DNA of 64,000 nt from Acidobacteriota bacterium (GCA_963666055.2 CAXWPH010000010.1:64001-128000); one strand, 5' to 3'. Shown: positions 19,555-28,762, numbered from the stretch's first letter. Numbers and translations are program-made. Notes: a model not told the origin generated them from the sequence alone.

Positions 19555-21054
19555 CTAGAGGCGCAGGCCACGCGGCACGATCAAGCGCTCGAGGAGATCG
19601 AACGCGCCCTGAACGAACAGCGCAAGCACCGCCGCCGGTATCGCACCCTCGAGAATGAGAGCCGTGTTGTTGAGCCGAATGCCGGCGAGAATTGGCTGAC
19701 CGTACCCGCCGGCGCCGATCAGCGCGCCGAGGGTCGCGGTGCCGACGTTGATTACCGCCGCGGTCTTTATGCCAGCGAGTATCGGTCGCGACGCGAGGGG
19801 TAATTCCACCCGCCACAGGCGTGCACCACGGGGTAACCCGAGGGCATCGGCCGACTCGAGTAGACCCCGCGGGATCGACGTCAGCCCGGTGGCGGTGTTG
19901 CGCACGATCGGCAGAAGACTGTAAAGGAACAGCGCCACAATCGCAGGCGGGGCACCGATACCGAGCGGGGGTATCAAGAACACGAGCAACGCCAGCGAGG
20001 GGATCGTCTGCAGGATCCCGGTGGCGCTGAGGACAAACCGGCCCAACCGCGGCCGACGCGACGCGAGCATCCCGAGAGGCAACGCCACCAGGATCGCCGC
20101 GGCCAGTGAGACGATCACCAAGCCAAGATGATCGAGCGTGTTGTCCCACAGCCGATCTCCGAAGCCAGCGGCGACGCGATCGGCGGCAACCCCGAGTTGG
20201 CGCTGCAAGAAGCGGTTGGCAACGTCGGTCTCGGGTTGGCGCTCGATCTGGGACGCCGCGTTCATTTCAACCATCGAGGCGGTGTCGATGCTGCCCTGTA
20301 ACCGCTCGATCACATCGACCACAGCCGGCCACGACTCGAGCTCCGCACGATAGAGGATGACGGCGCGGTAGTCAGGAAAGTAGTCGCGGTCGTCGGTCAG
20401 GATGCGCAGGTCGTAGTGGCGAATCTCGGCGTCGGTGGAGTACAGGTCGGTCACCTCGAGCTCGCCAGCTTCGAGGGCGCGATAGGCAAGATCGTGGTTG
20501 AGGCCGCGCACGTCGCGGTGCGGAAGAGAATAGCGCGCGCGCAGGCCGGGCCAAGCGTCCTGCCGCTGCATGAACCCTTCCGAGAACCCGAGCTGTAGCT
20601 CCGGGTAGCTTGCCAGGTCGCTGATGGTCTCGATACCCAGCGCATCGGCCACCTGCCGCAGCATGCCGATCGCATACGTGTTGGCGAATCCCAACGGAGC
20701 GCTGATCCGCAGCCCCTCGGCGGTTACCGCTTGGCGGAGCGCCGCGAGGTCGGTCGCTACACGGCCGCCGAAGATCTCCTCGCCGAGCGTGCCCGTGTAC
20801 TCGACATAGGCATCGATCTCGTCAGCCAACAAGGCGTTCCAAAGCACCAGGCTACCGCCGAGCTGACGACGATGCTCGACCCTGGCCCCGGTAGACGCGA
20901 ACGCCCCCGCCATGACCTCGCCCAGGATGACGCTCTCGGTGAAGGCCTTCGAGCCCACCACCACCCCCGGAGCTGCCCCTGCCGATTCGCCACTCGTGCA
21001 CGCCGAGCTCAACAACATCAACGTGAGCGCGCCGCAACCAACGCGGGCGCTCAT
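19555..21054 (-). CDS. Osmoprotectant/glycine betaine ABC transporter, fused substrate-binding + permease
   Basis: VGSKAFTESVILGE, YVEYTGT, GFANTYA, DLYSTD; TIPSLALL and ESADALG EAA-type loop. Confidence 0.9.
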   Translation of the reverse strand: MSARVGCGALTLMLLSSACTSGESAGAAPGVVVGSKAFTESVILGEVMAGAFASTGARVEHRRQLGGSLVLWNALLADEIDAYVEYTGTLGEEIFGGRVATDLAALRQAVTAEGLRISAPLGFANTYAIGMLRQVADALGIETISDLASYPELQLGFSEGFMQRQDAWPGLRARYSLPHRDVRGLNHDLAYRALEAGELEVTDLYSTDAEIRHYDLRILTDDRDYFPDYRAVILYRAELESWPAVVDVIERLQGSIDTASMVEMNAASQIERQPETDVANRFLQRQLGVAADRVAAGFGDRLWDNTLDHLGLVIVSLAAAILVALPLGMLASRRPRLGRFVLSATGILQTIPSLALLVFLIPPLGIGAPPAIVALFLYSLLPIVRNTATGLTSIPRGLLESADALGLPRGARLWRVELPLASRPILAGIKTAAVINVGTATLGALIGAGGYGQPILAGIRLNNTALILEGAIPAAVLALFVQGAFDLLERLIVPRGLRL

Positions 21055-21797
21055 CCAGAGTCCTCGGTGCTCTGAAGATACCGTTGGGCGCGCACGAACG
21101 GTCGCACGAAGTCGTTGGCCGGGGCCGATATGAGGTCGCTGCCGGTGGCCACCTGCTCGATCTTCCCGGCTCGCATCAAGACGACGCTGTCGGCAATGTA
21201 GACAGGCTCGGCGAGATCGTGCGTTACCAGCACGACCGTAGTCTCGAGACGCCGAAAGATGGCGCGTAGATCCTCCTGTAGGTCAGAGCGGATCATCGGA
21301 TCGAGCGCCGCCAGCGGCTCGTCGAGCAGCAGCACCTCGGGCTCCAGCATAAGGGCCCGCATGAGCGAGATGCGTTGCGCCTGACCGCCCGAGAGCTCGG
21401 CGGGGAAGCGCTCGAGCAGCCCCGGCCTCAAGCGAGTGAGCTGTGCCAGTTCGTCCAGCCGCTGGTCAATGCGCGCCGACTCCCACCCGAGGAAGCGAGC
21501 CATCAGCGTGATGTTGTCCGCTGCGCTCAGGTGCGGGAACAGGCCGCCGTCCTGGATCACGTAGCCCATCCGACGCCGTAGCGCTTGCACATTCGACGCG
21601 GTCATGCGCTCGCCGTCGAAACACACCTCACCGGTATCGGGGAACAGGAGCCCGTTCAACAACCGTAGCAGGGTCGACTTGCCGCACCCGCTGGGTCCGA
21701 TGAGCGCCGTGATCTGGCTCTGCGGCAACCTCAGCTCAGTCGCGTGCAGCGCGACGGTGTCACCGAAAGACTTGCTTGCGCCCTTCAGTTCCAGCAT
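21051..21797 (-). CDS. Osmoprotectant ABC transporter ATP-binding subunit
   Basis: GPSGCGKS, YVIQDGGLFPH, LSGGQ, LLLDEP, VTHD. Confidence 0.93.
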   Translation of the reverse strand: MLELKGASKSFGDTVALHATELRLPQSQITALIGPSGCGKSTLLRLLNGLLFPDTGEVCFDGERMTASNVQALRRRMGYVIQDGGLFPHLSAADNITLMARFLGWESARIDQRLDELAQLTRLRPGLLERFPAELSGGQAQRISLMRALMLEPEVLLLDEPLAALDPMIRSDLQEDLRAIFRRLETTVVLVTHDLAEPVYIADSVVLMRAGKIEQVATGSDLISAPANDFVRPFVRAQRYLQSTEDSG

Positions 21798-21837
21798 CTG
21801 CCAAGCTCATCCATCGCGCCTCACCTGGATCGTATGA

Positions 21838-22311
21838 TCAGTCGTCGCGCACCCAATCGAAACTCGTACGGCATGTCACACAGTAGTATTGCGCCAGGCA
21901 GCCGTAGATCGAGACCGGCTCGGTATCCGCGCTGCCGCAAAAGACGCATGCCACCGTCGGCATGGCGGCGCGGGGAACTACCGGCTGGCGGCGGCGTCCA
22001 CGCCGGTTCGGCAACTCGATCAGCTTACCGCCGGGGCCGACGCCCATCGAACGCGCGTGAGCTCCGGTGAGCATGTGTGCGTGGGCGAGCTCATCCTGGA
22101 TGATCGCCATCGCCGAGATCATGCTGTTGACGGACGGCGCCTTGCGAGCCGCGTAGTAGTAGGCGGGCGCGCTCAGCGGCTCGGTATCGCCCGACACGGT
22201 GACAATGTGGCGCAGCTCGCGCTTGTACTCCTCGGTCATCTCGCTGACCGACTCGATCAGGCCGCCTGCCTGAACCGTCTGTCGAAGAAGCAGATCGGCG
22301 TCGGTGCTCAA
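21838..22311 (-). pseudogene. Deletion chimera of phenylacetyl-CoA epoxidase PaaA-like N-terminus and PaaD-like Zn-ribbon C-terminus
   Basis: IESVSEMTEEYKRE...GDTE...APS...IIQDELAHAH, then VACVFCGSADTE...YYCVTCRTSFDW; only 157 aa. Confidence 0.7.
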
Positions 22312-22471
22312 AGATACCTTCGGCCGCGATTAGGGGGCGTAGAGTGGCGAGGGGACCGCTGGCCCGGCCCTCAGAATCTACCTTAGAAGGCGCCCGAGAG
22401 GCAGACAAGTTGGGTGACAGCCGCCGATCTCACGCGACCTGCCGAGACCGGCCCCGCGGGCCAATGGTCCA

Positions 22472-22650
22472 CTAGCAGGCCGTGGTGAAAGTGTGGTGGG
22501 TCTGGCGACAGGGTCTTGCGAAGTGCAGGCAAGGAGAGAGGAGGAGGCGATGGATACCCCATCGTTGACGAGGAACGACGCAGCATACGCGCGCAACCCC
22601 CTATCGCCCGAAGGGTTACGGCCCACCACACTTCCACCACGGCCTGCTAG
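22472..22650 (-). mobile_element. MITE copy C, reverse orientation, 100-bp internal deletion (171 bp)
   Basis: CTAG-flanked, both TIR ends retained (22476 and 22646). Confidence 0.88.
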
Positions 22651-22874
22651 CGCGCCACCTCGCGATGGGTCGACGAGGGCCCCGGTACGTCCCGACGCAG
22701 ACGCTCTTCGAGCCGCTGGCCGCAGTCTACGCAAACGAGACAGTGGGCCAGAATGGCCACCGCATGGCCGCTCGCCAGCGTCCCGCGCACGTATTGGCGT
22801 AGCTCGATCTCGGCCGGGTGCAACTCGCCCCCAGCACGCAACCTGAGATCGGGGCTGCCTCGGTTGCCGGTCAA
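22647..22874 (-). CDS. Stand-alone zinc anti-sigma (zf-HC2/ZAS)-like microprotein 2
   Basis: HPAEIELRQYVRGTL...AHCLVCVDC; TTG start overlaps upstream TGA (TTGA). Confidence 0.6.
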   Translation of the reverse strand: MTGNRGSPDLRLRAGGELHPAEIELRQYVRGTLASGHAVAILAHCLVCVDCGQRLEERLRRDVPGPSSTHREVAR

Positions 22875-23089
22875 TGCGTCGTGCCTGAGGCTGCGTACAC
22901 CTCGCCAAGGCCGACGCTCGGCACGGCCAGCCCGGCAGCCGCTCGCAGCCACAGTAGCGCCCGTGCCTGGCTGCCGCAGGTGTCGCAAACAAGGCAGTGG
23001 ATGTGCAGCAGGTACGCTTCCTCGCGAGCGAGCGATCCGCTCACGAACGCAGCGATATCCAATGCGTCGGGGTGGATCGGGCGATTCAT
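22871..23089 (-). CDS. Stand-alone zinc anti-sigma (zf-HC2/ZAS)-like microprotein 1
   Basis: MNRPIHPDALDIAAFVSGSL...HCLVCDTC; GAGAGG RBS. Confidence 0.65.
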   Translation of the reverse strand: MNRPIHPDALDIAAFVSGSLAREEAYLLHIHCLVCDTCGSQARALLWLRAAAGLAVPSVGLGEVYAASGTTH

Positions 23090-23249
23090 CAGGGACGTCC
23101 TCTCGATCCAGACCCGCGTCGAGCCAGTCGGACCTGGAAACCGCGTGCGCAGCCACCTGAGCGGCCGCGCACGCGATGGGTCCACAGCGAGTGACCTGTG
23201 GCAGATCCAGCGCAGCATCCGTGGTCAGCACCGCCGAGCCGGCGCCTGG

Positions 23250-23817
23250 CGCTGTCATGGCAGAGCGTGCCCAGGTGTGCACAACTGCCTGATCAGCGTC
23301 GTTCAACACGCCGTTCCAGGCGGCAATGCCGCGGGTCACGGGATCGATACCCAGGGTGCTTGGATACGCAGACAAGCCGAGGAGCGGCAGCACCGCCGGA
23401 TCGACCAGCCGTACCGGCAGGTCGAGGTCATGCGTCGCGAGAAATTCGCGCGTCTCGCGGTCACCGCTGACCGACAGCACATAGATCTCGGGCGCTCGGG
23501 CGCCGAGCTCGGCAACCCTTGCTGCCAAGCTTCGCCATTCCGGCATGTTCTGCTCGCAGAAGGGGCATGTAAGTGCTCAGCACGAACAGCATCAACGGCC
23601 GGTCACGGTCGCTTACCTGCAGCGCGACCTCGTCTCCGGCGAGCGTCCGACCGGGTATGTCGACCGGCGCCGTAACCGGACCGTCGAGTCGCGACGCCTG
23701 TCCGTGTGTAACGTAGTTGTGTTGCACCATCTGGCCCAGCCAGGCGGTCCCGGCAACCAGCGCCAGAACGAACCCAACCTCGGCGATCTTGGCAACCCTG
23801 GACATCGACATCGTCAA
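23250..23817 (-). pseudogene. Membrane-anchored TlpA/peroxiredoxin-like thiol-disulfide oxidoreductase, +1 frameshift (3' end uncertain)
   Basis: N-terminal TM and LMLFVLST in one frame; TCPFCEQNMPEW...YPSTL in another; extra base at 23571-23572. Confidence 0.7.
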
Positions 23818-24051
23818 CTAGAGCAGTGCGCAGGTGCTCGAGCCGCCGCCGCCCTCGACGCAGGTCCAAACACACTTACACCCTCGTTTGCGGTATGCCC
23901 CACATTGCTCACAGTCGTTGGCGCACTCTGAGGCGCACGAGCTAGAGTCATGCAAGGCTTCGGCTTGTTCGGCCTGAAACGACAGACCGAAGACCAAGAG
24001 AACAGCCCAGCTGATCAGCAAGACCTTCTTCCAATTGATTGAGCTTCGCAC
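23818..24051 (-). CDS. Small secreted cysteine-rich peptide (8 Cys)
   Basis: GGAGG RBS, GTG start, Sec signal ending AEA, mature LHDSSSCASECANDCEQCGAYRKRGCKCVWTCVEGGGGSSTCALL. Confidence 0.75.
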   Translation of the reverse strand: MRSSINWKKVLLISWAVLLVFGLSFQAEQAEALHDSSSCASECANDCEQCGAYRKRGCKCVWTCVEGGGGSSTCALL

Positions 24052-24101
24052 TGTGCTCCTCCAGGAACTGAGTGACGGGTACCTGTCACAGCGTTCCTGG
24101 G

Positions 24102-24117
24102 GCAAAGTGCATGCCAG
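24102..24117 (-). promoter_or_regulatory. Putative sigma-54 (-24/-12) promoter
   Basis: Minus strand CTGGCATGCACTTTGC = GG-N10-GC matching TGGCA-N6-TTGC, about 50 bp upstream of the peptide start. Confidence 0.65.
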
Positions 24118-24270
24118 CGCCCCATCAAAGCTGGGCGGCCCGGTAAGGCTCGCCTCATCAACGGCTTACGGGCAATCGCCCGGACACCGTCGGGGGGCGA
24201 TCCGGCCCGAGATAACGACGGGCCGCCAGTGGCGCGGGCGTCTGCGCCAGCCGGCCGGCAGGCGCCGGTC

Positions 24271-25128
24271 CTAGTCCAGTTCGAGCAGGAGTTGGCGGAC
24301 GGCTGTCTGTACGAGATCGAGGTCGGATTCCAGAGCGAGATCGGTCGCACCTACCGTGGCCGCTTGGCGCAGGAGCTGTCGGGCTGCGCCGGACCGACCA
24401 GCCTCGAGATGGAGCCGCGCGAGGTAGTAGGCGGTGGTGCGACCGGCCGAGTCCCAATCGGTACGCCCAGGATCGCCTAGTGCCGACAGATGGGTCTCCA
24501 GCGCCTGCCGGGCATCCGGCAGCCGGCTGCCCTCGAAAAACAGCGCCAAGCCGAGCAGGTACGTCCCGGCAGGGTGGTAAGAATCCCCGAACCGATCCAG
24601 GTAACCCGCCGCCTTGCCATAGTCACCACCGGCCAGGGCGCCCACCCCCGCCTGCACAGAAGACAACGTATCCGCGGCCTCGCTGCCCGCCGCGGCCGGG
24701 ACCTCGAGGCCGCTGAGCTGACCCTCGACCAGTGCGATCAGGTTGATGATCTCTACGTCCGCTGCCGTCAGCGCGGCAAACCCGCCCGCGCCGGGCAGCG
24801 AGTCAATCGATCGGTCCGGCGACGCCACCACGTCGCCGTTGTCGACTACCCCCCTCGGTCCAGCGCCCACGCCGAGGCCGACGAGCCAGGCCGACGCACC
24901 GACGAGCAACACGACGCCAGCAGCTGCAGCGACCCATCGAGAGGCGTACCAGGGAACCGACGCCCGCACCGGAGCGGCGCCGCGCAAGAGAATGATGGCG
25001 GCCAGCTGATCGCCGCAATCGCGGCAGGCGAAGCAGTGTTTCCGCACTTCCTCGGCGCGCGCCTCGCTCAGACAGCCCCGAACGTAGGTCACCATGTCCA
25101 ACGGATCCGCGTGCACAATCACCGTCAT
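24271..25128 (-). CDS. Zinc-binding anti-sigma factor (ZAS) with TM helix and TPR-like C-terminus
   Basis: HADPLDMVTYVRGCL...KHCFACRDC; TM WVAAAAGVVLLVGASAWLVGL; helical YYLARLHLEAG; ATGA overlap with sigma gene. Confidence 0.8.
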   Translation of the reverse strand: MTVIVHADPLDMVTYVRGCLSEARAEEVRKHCFACRDCGDQLAAIILLRGAAPVRASVPWYASRWVAAAAGVVLLVGASAWLVGLGVGAGPRGVVDNGDVVASPDRSIDSLPGAGGFAALTAADVEIINLIALVEGQLSGLEVPAAAGSEAADTLSSVQAGVGALAGGDYGKAAGYLDRFGDSYHPAGTYLLGLALFFEGSRLPDARQALETHLSALGDPGRTDWDSAGRTTAYYLARLHLEAGRSGAARQLLRQAATVGATDLALESDLDLVQTAVRQLLLELD

Positions 25129-25685
25129 GTCTCCCAGCCTTCGCCGGACTCCGTTTCCATGCGACGCCCGATCTGCAGCAATGCTGCTTGTAGCCGACTG
25201 TGCACCGTGCTGATCGGAGCTGACTGGATCGCCGCTACCTCGCGTAGCTTCATCGGCGGATCACGCAATACCAACAACTCGAGCACCTCGCGATGAACCG
25301 GCTCCAAGTCGCCTATTAGTCGTAGCGCCACCTCGACAAGATGCCGGCGGGTGCGGGATTCCTCTTCACGAAGCAACGTGCGCAGTGGATCGGAAGAGAT
25401 TTCCTCGCCCGGCACCGGCAGCGGTACCTCGTCGAGCGGTAACAGCCGCCGCCGTTGCTGGAATATCTGCAGAGCCGCCGTGCGAACCGCAGTAAGCACG
25501 TAGTTGTGCGCGTCTTGTTCGCTGCCGAACTTCGGCCGCGCGCGAACCGTGCGAGCGACGGCTTCCTGAACTACCTCCTCGGCGTCCGTCACATTACCCA
25601 TGAGGGACAACGCGTACCCTCTCCAACGATGAAACCGGGCGCGCCACGCTTTTTCGATGTAGCCGTAGGAAGCTGGTTGAGACAC
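25125..25685 (-). CDS. ECF RNA polymerase sigma factor
   Basis: Region 2 DAEEVVQEA...YVLTAVRTAAL; region 4 LREVAAIQSAPISTVHSRL; GTG 25685 has GGAGG RBS (frame open to 25802). Confidence 0.85.
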   Translation of the reverse strand: MSQPASYGYIEKAWRARFHRWRGYALSLMGNVTDAEEVVQEAVARTVRARPKFGSEQDAHNYVLTAVRTAALQIFQQRRRLLPLDEVPLPVPGEEISSDPLRTLLREEESRTRRHLVEVALRLIGDLEPVHREVLELLVLRDPPMKLREVAAIQSAPISTVHSRLQAALLQIGRRMETESGEGWET

Positions 25686-25900
25686 AGGCCTGCGATCCTC
25701 CTGGCGCTCGCCGGCACCGACGAGGTAACCATCCTGGTATGGCGGCCGCGACGGCGTCAATGGGTGGCCCGGAAAACCCCAGACGCCTGAGAGCAGATGC
25801 AAAAAACTTCTACAAATACGAGACTCGACAGCCGTACACCTGGTGATTCGACGGGCTCCGCCAGGTACGATCCGTACGGGGGCAGAACTTCGGACGGCTA

Positions 25901-26411
25901 GTGCGACGTACCACAGCTCAGCCTCGGCCGGCTCGGCACAACGAAAGCCGCTTGCTCGGTGGCAGCGATGCGATGTGTCGGGTCCGCGATCAAATCGAGG
26001 TCGCCGCCCAATATACGGAGCCGGCGCTCGTACTCGGCGAGACGGGCGTCGGTAAGGAGCTGGTGGCGCGGCGAATTCACCGTCGTAGCTCCAGATCGCT
26101 CGCCGAGCCAGAGATCGTGAATTGCGCCGGGCTGAGCCCGGACGTGCTTGCCTCGGAGCTGTTCGGTCACCGCCGTGGCGCGTTCACCGGCGCGGATCGC
26201 GATCGCGCCGGCCGCATCAGGGCCGCCGACGGCTCGACCTTGATCCTGGATGAAATCAGCGCAGCGCCCCCGTCACTTCAGGCCACCGTGTTGCGCGCGG
26301 TGGAATACGGCGAGGTCCAGCCAGTCGGATCCGATTCCGTCTTCCAAGTCGACGTGCGATTCGTCTGGTCAAGTACCGGATACAGGCGCCCGCCCGCGGA
26401 CGCGCCGCCCG
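25901..26411 (+). pseudogene. Truncated sigma-54 enhancer-binding protein (AAA+ domain)
   Basis: GETGVGKE, VNCA, ELFGHRRGAFTGA, LILDEI; homology stops after VDVRFV (~26366), just before MITE D; no HTH. Confidence 0.8.
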
Positions 26412-26690
26412 CTAGCAGGCCGTGGCAGAAGTGTGGCGGGCCTGGTTACGACGAGTTGGGGCCAGATGGAAGGCGGCCTGACACTGGCGATGCCCTAGCC
26501 ATCGTCGAGGAAGGCCAACGCCACAGATGGCCCCAAATCGTCGTAACCCTTCGGGCGATAGGGGGTTGCGCGCATATGCTACGTCGTTCCTCGTCAACGA
26601 TGGGGTATCCATCGCCTCCTCCTCTCTCCTTGCCTCCGCCCCGCAAGACCCGGCCGCCAGGCCCGCCACACTTCCGCCACGGCCTGCTAG
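26412..26690 (+). mobile_element. MITE copy D (271 bp, diverged variant)
   Basis: CTAG-CAGGCCGTGGCAGAAGTGTGGCGGGCCTGG...CCAGGCCCGCCACACTTCCGCCACGGCCTG-CTAG. Confidence 0.88.
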
Positions 26691-26771
26691 GGGCAATCGC
26701 CCCGCTGGCGAAGGGATCCAGCCAAGGATCTCGGAAAAACGGCAGCAACCAGCTTCCTCCTAGCGAAAGCT

Positions 26772-27314
26772 GTGTTTTCCGGGTGGTTCTCTGTCGAGCG
26801 AAGTATCCAAACTGCAACGAGCGGAGCAATCATGCAGGTCTCGTCAGAGGGTGGACGACCGTCGGGACGCGAGGTGGCGGAGCTTGCACGTGTGCACATA
26901 GAGCGCCACTACGCATCGGCTGTCGGATGCGGCACTACCAGCATCGCGACACTGCTGGGAGTCTCCTCGTCGCTGCTGTGCCATCGATATCGCGCTGCCT
27001 ACGGGGTGACGATCGGCCAGCACGTTCGTAGGCTGCGCATCGGCAAGGCGCGTGAGTTGCTGAGCTCGCGATCTGGCCAGCTGATCAAGGAAGTCGCAGC
27101 CGACGTGGGCTACTGTCGGCAGTCATACCGTACGTTCCTTAACGCCTTCCGGGCGGAAACCGGTATGCCGCCGAGCCGTTACCAGCGCCAGGCGCTCGCC
27201 CCGATTCAGGCCACACCGATCGAGGTAGAGGTGCCGCAGCAGCGCCCGGATCAAGCTCGCTCCGCAAACCTGACGCACCGCCTCACACCAGCATCGACGC
27301 CCCGATTCAGGTAG
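26772..27314 (+). CDS. AraC-family HTH protein (DNA-binding domain only)
   Basis: IATLLGVSSSLLCHRY...HVRRLRIGKARELL...IKEVAADVGY...FLNAFRAETGMPPSRY; start may be ATG 26832. Confidence 0.75.
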   Translation: MFSGWFSVERSIQTATSGAIMQVSSEGGRPSGREVAELARVHIERHYASAVGCGTTSIATLLGVSSSLLCHRYRAAYGVTIGQHVRRLRIGKARELLSSRSGQLIKEVAADVGYCRQSYRTFLNAFRAETGMPPSRYQRQALAPIQATPIEVEVPQQRPDQARSANLTHRLTPASTPRFR

Positions 27315-27720
27315 GCTCGGCCTGACGTTCGAAGGCCCGGTCAGTCAGAATCTCGCCGATCAGAGCGATGTTGGGCACCGCCACGACAAACGCTGCGGCA
27401 CCGTCAGTACGAGTACTCACCGTGTACGAGTGCTCGATGTTGATTCCAGCCTCGCCGAGCTCCTGGGCGATCTCCGCCAGGTTGCCGGGCTCGTCGGGAA
27501 CCACCAGTCGCAGCACATCGACGAGCTCGACAGCGAACCCCGCCTCGGTCAGGAGCTCGGCGGCTCGCTCCGGGTCGCTCGCGAGGACGTGGGCAGTAGG
27601 CTCCCACACGGCGAAGCCGACGATGTTGATTCCGCTGGCGCCGAGCATCTCAGAAATCGTTCCCAACACGCCGGGCTCGTCGGCCACCCGGATCCTCAGC
27701 TCGCGCGCCGCCGCCATCAT
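27307..27720 (-). CDS. Tandem ACT domain protein
   Basis: DEPGVLGTISEMLGASGINI and DEPGNLAEIAQELGEAGINI. Confidence 0.85.
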   Translation of the reverse strand: MMAAARELRIRVADEPGVLGTISEMLGASGINIVGFAVWEPTAHVLASDPERAAELLTEAGFAVELVDVLRLVVPDEPGNLAEIAQELGEAGINIEHSYTVSTRTDGAAAFVVAVPNIALIGEILTDRAFERQAEPT

Positions 27721-27876
27721 CCCTCCACGGTGAGCCCCACCGGGCACATCGTAGCAGCCGCCCGCAGGACGTAGTAGAGGTAGGCTTTGGCCTACTTCGC
27801 AGACGCGGCCTGCCGCCGGCGATGACCTATCGTTACGACTCCGGTGGGCCTTGTTAGGCGGCAGCAGGAGGCGACG

Positions 27877-28095
27877 ATGCGGTTTCGCGTCAAAGTGAAC
27901 GCAGGCTCCAAGTCAGAGGGTGTGCGCCTGCTCGAAGAAGGCTTCTACCAGGTACGCACTCGCGCCCCGGCTGAAGGGGGAAAGGCCAACCGACGTGTGC
28001 TGGAGCTGCTGGCGCGCGAGCTCGGATGTAGCTGCGATCGCCTGCGCATCGTGGCCGGATCCAGCGGCTCGATGAAGCGGGTGGAATGGGTCTGA
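27877..28095 (+). CDS. DUF167/YggU family protein
   Basis: VKVNAGSK...APAEGGKAN...LRIVAGSSGSMKRV; GGAGG RBS. Confidence 0.85.
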   Translation: MRFRVKVNAGSKSEGVRLLEEGFYQVRTRAPAEGGKANRRVLELLARELGCSCDRLRIVAGSSGSMKRVEWV

Positions 28096-28114
28096 GCCTC
28101 GCAGCGTTCCCGCG

Positions 28115-28762
28115 TCACACGAGCACAGGCCCGCGCGCAACGCGGCGCGCGAGCACCAGGCCCCACGGGCCCCAGAGTACGTACGCCATGCGGACGGGCG
28201 CCGCACCGGCGGGCACGTCCAGCATCAAGTGGGCCCCCACGGCAACGATCGACAGCACCGCGCAGGCACTCGACAGATACCCGAAGGCGCGCCCGGACGC
28301 TGAGCCGGGCTCTTTGCCGTTCGTCCGCCCTAGCACATGCCATCCGATCATCGCCCACCAGGCCCCAACGGCCAGGACAGCCATCACTTCGCTCAGCACG
28401 ATCGGCCAGTCGGCAAGATCAGCAAGCAGTCCTACACCGGACACCAGAAAGCCCGCAGCGCCGAGGAGAGCCCACGAGCGTAGCTGCCTGGCCCGACGCG
28501 GCAATACCGGCCTGGCGCCAAGTGCTACCGACGCGGCGGCCAACGCCACGGCTGCCAATGCGAACCCCCAGCCCACTACAAGTCCGGATCGGCCTGCGAG
28601 ATGGAAGAATAACGCTACCGCAGACAGGAGCGCGAGCGTACCGCCCGCAAGTGCGGAGCGCGCCACCGGCAGCTGCCAGCCAGAGGCAGGATCGTCGTCG
28701 TTCGCGGCGACCTGCGGATCGTCGCCCGCGTTTTCTGTCGAACCTTCATCGCTCGGTTGCAT
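28115..28762 (-). CDS. Hypothetical membrane protein
   Basis: 215 aa with several hydrophobic helices. Confidence 0.6.
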   Translation of the reverse strand: MQPSDEGSTENAGDDPQVAANDDDPASGWQLPVARSALAGGTLALLSAVALFFHLAGRSGLVVGWGFALAAVALAAASVALGARPVLPRRARQLRSWALLGAAGFLVSGVGLLADLADWPIVLSEVMAVLAVGAWWAMIGWHVLGRTNGKEPGSASGRAFGYLSSACAVLSIVAVGAHLMLDVPAGAAPVRMAYVLWGPWGLVLARRVARGPVLV

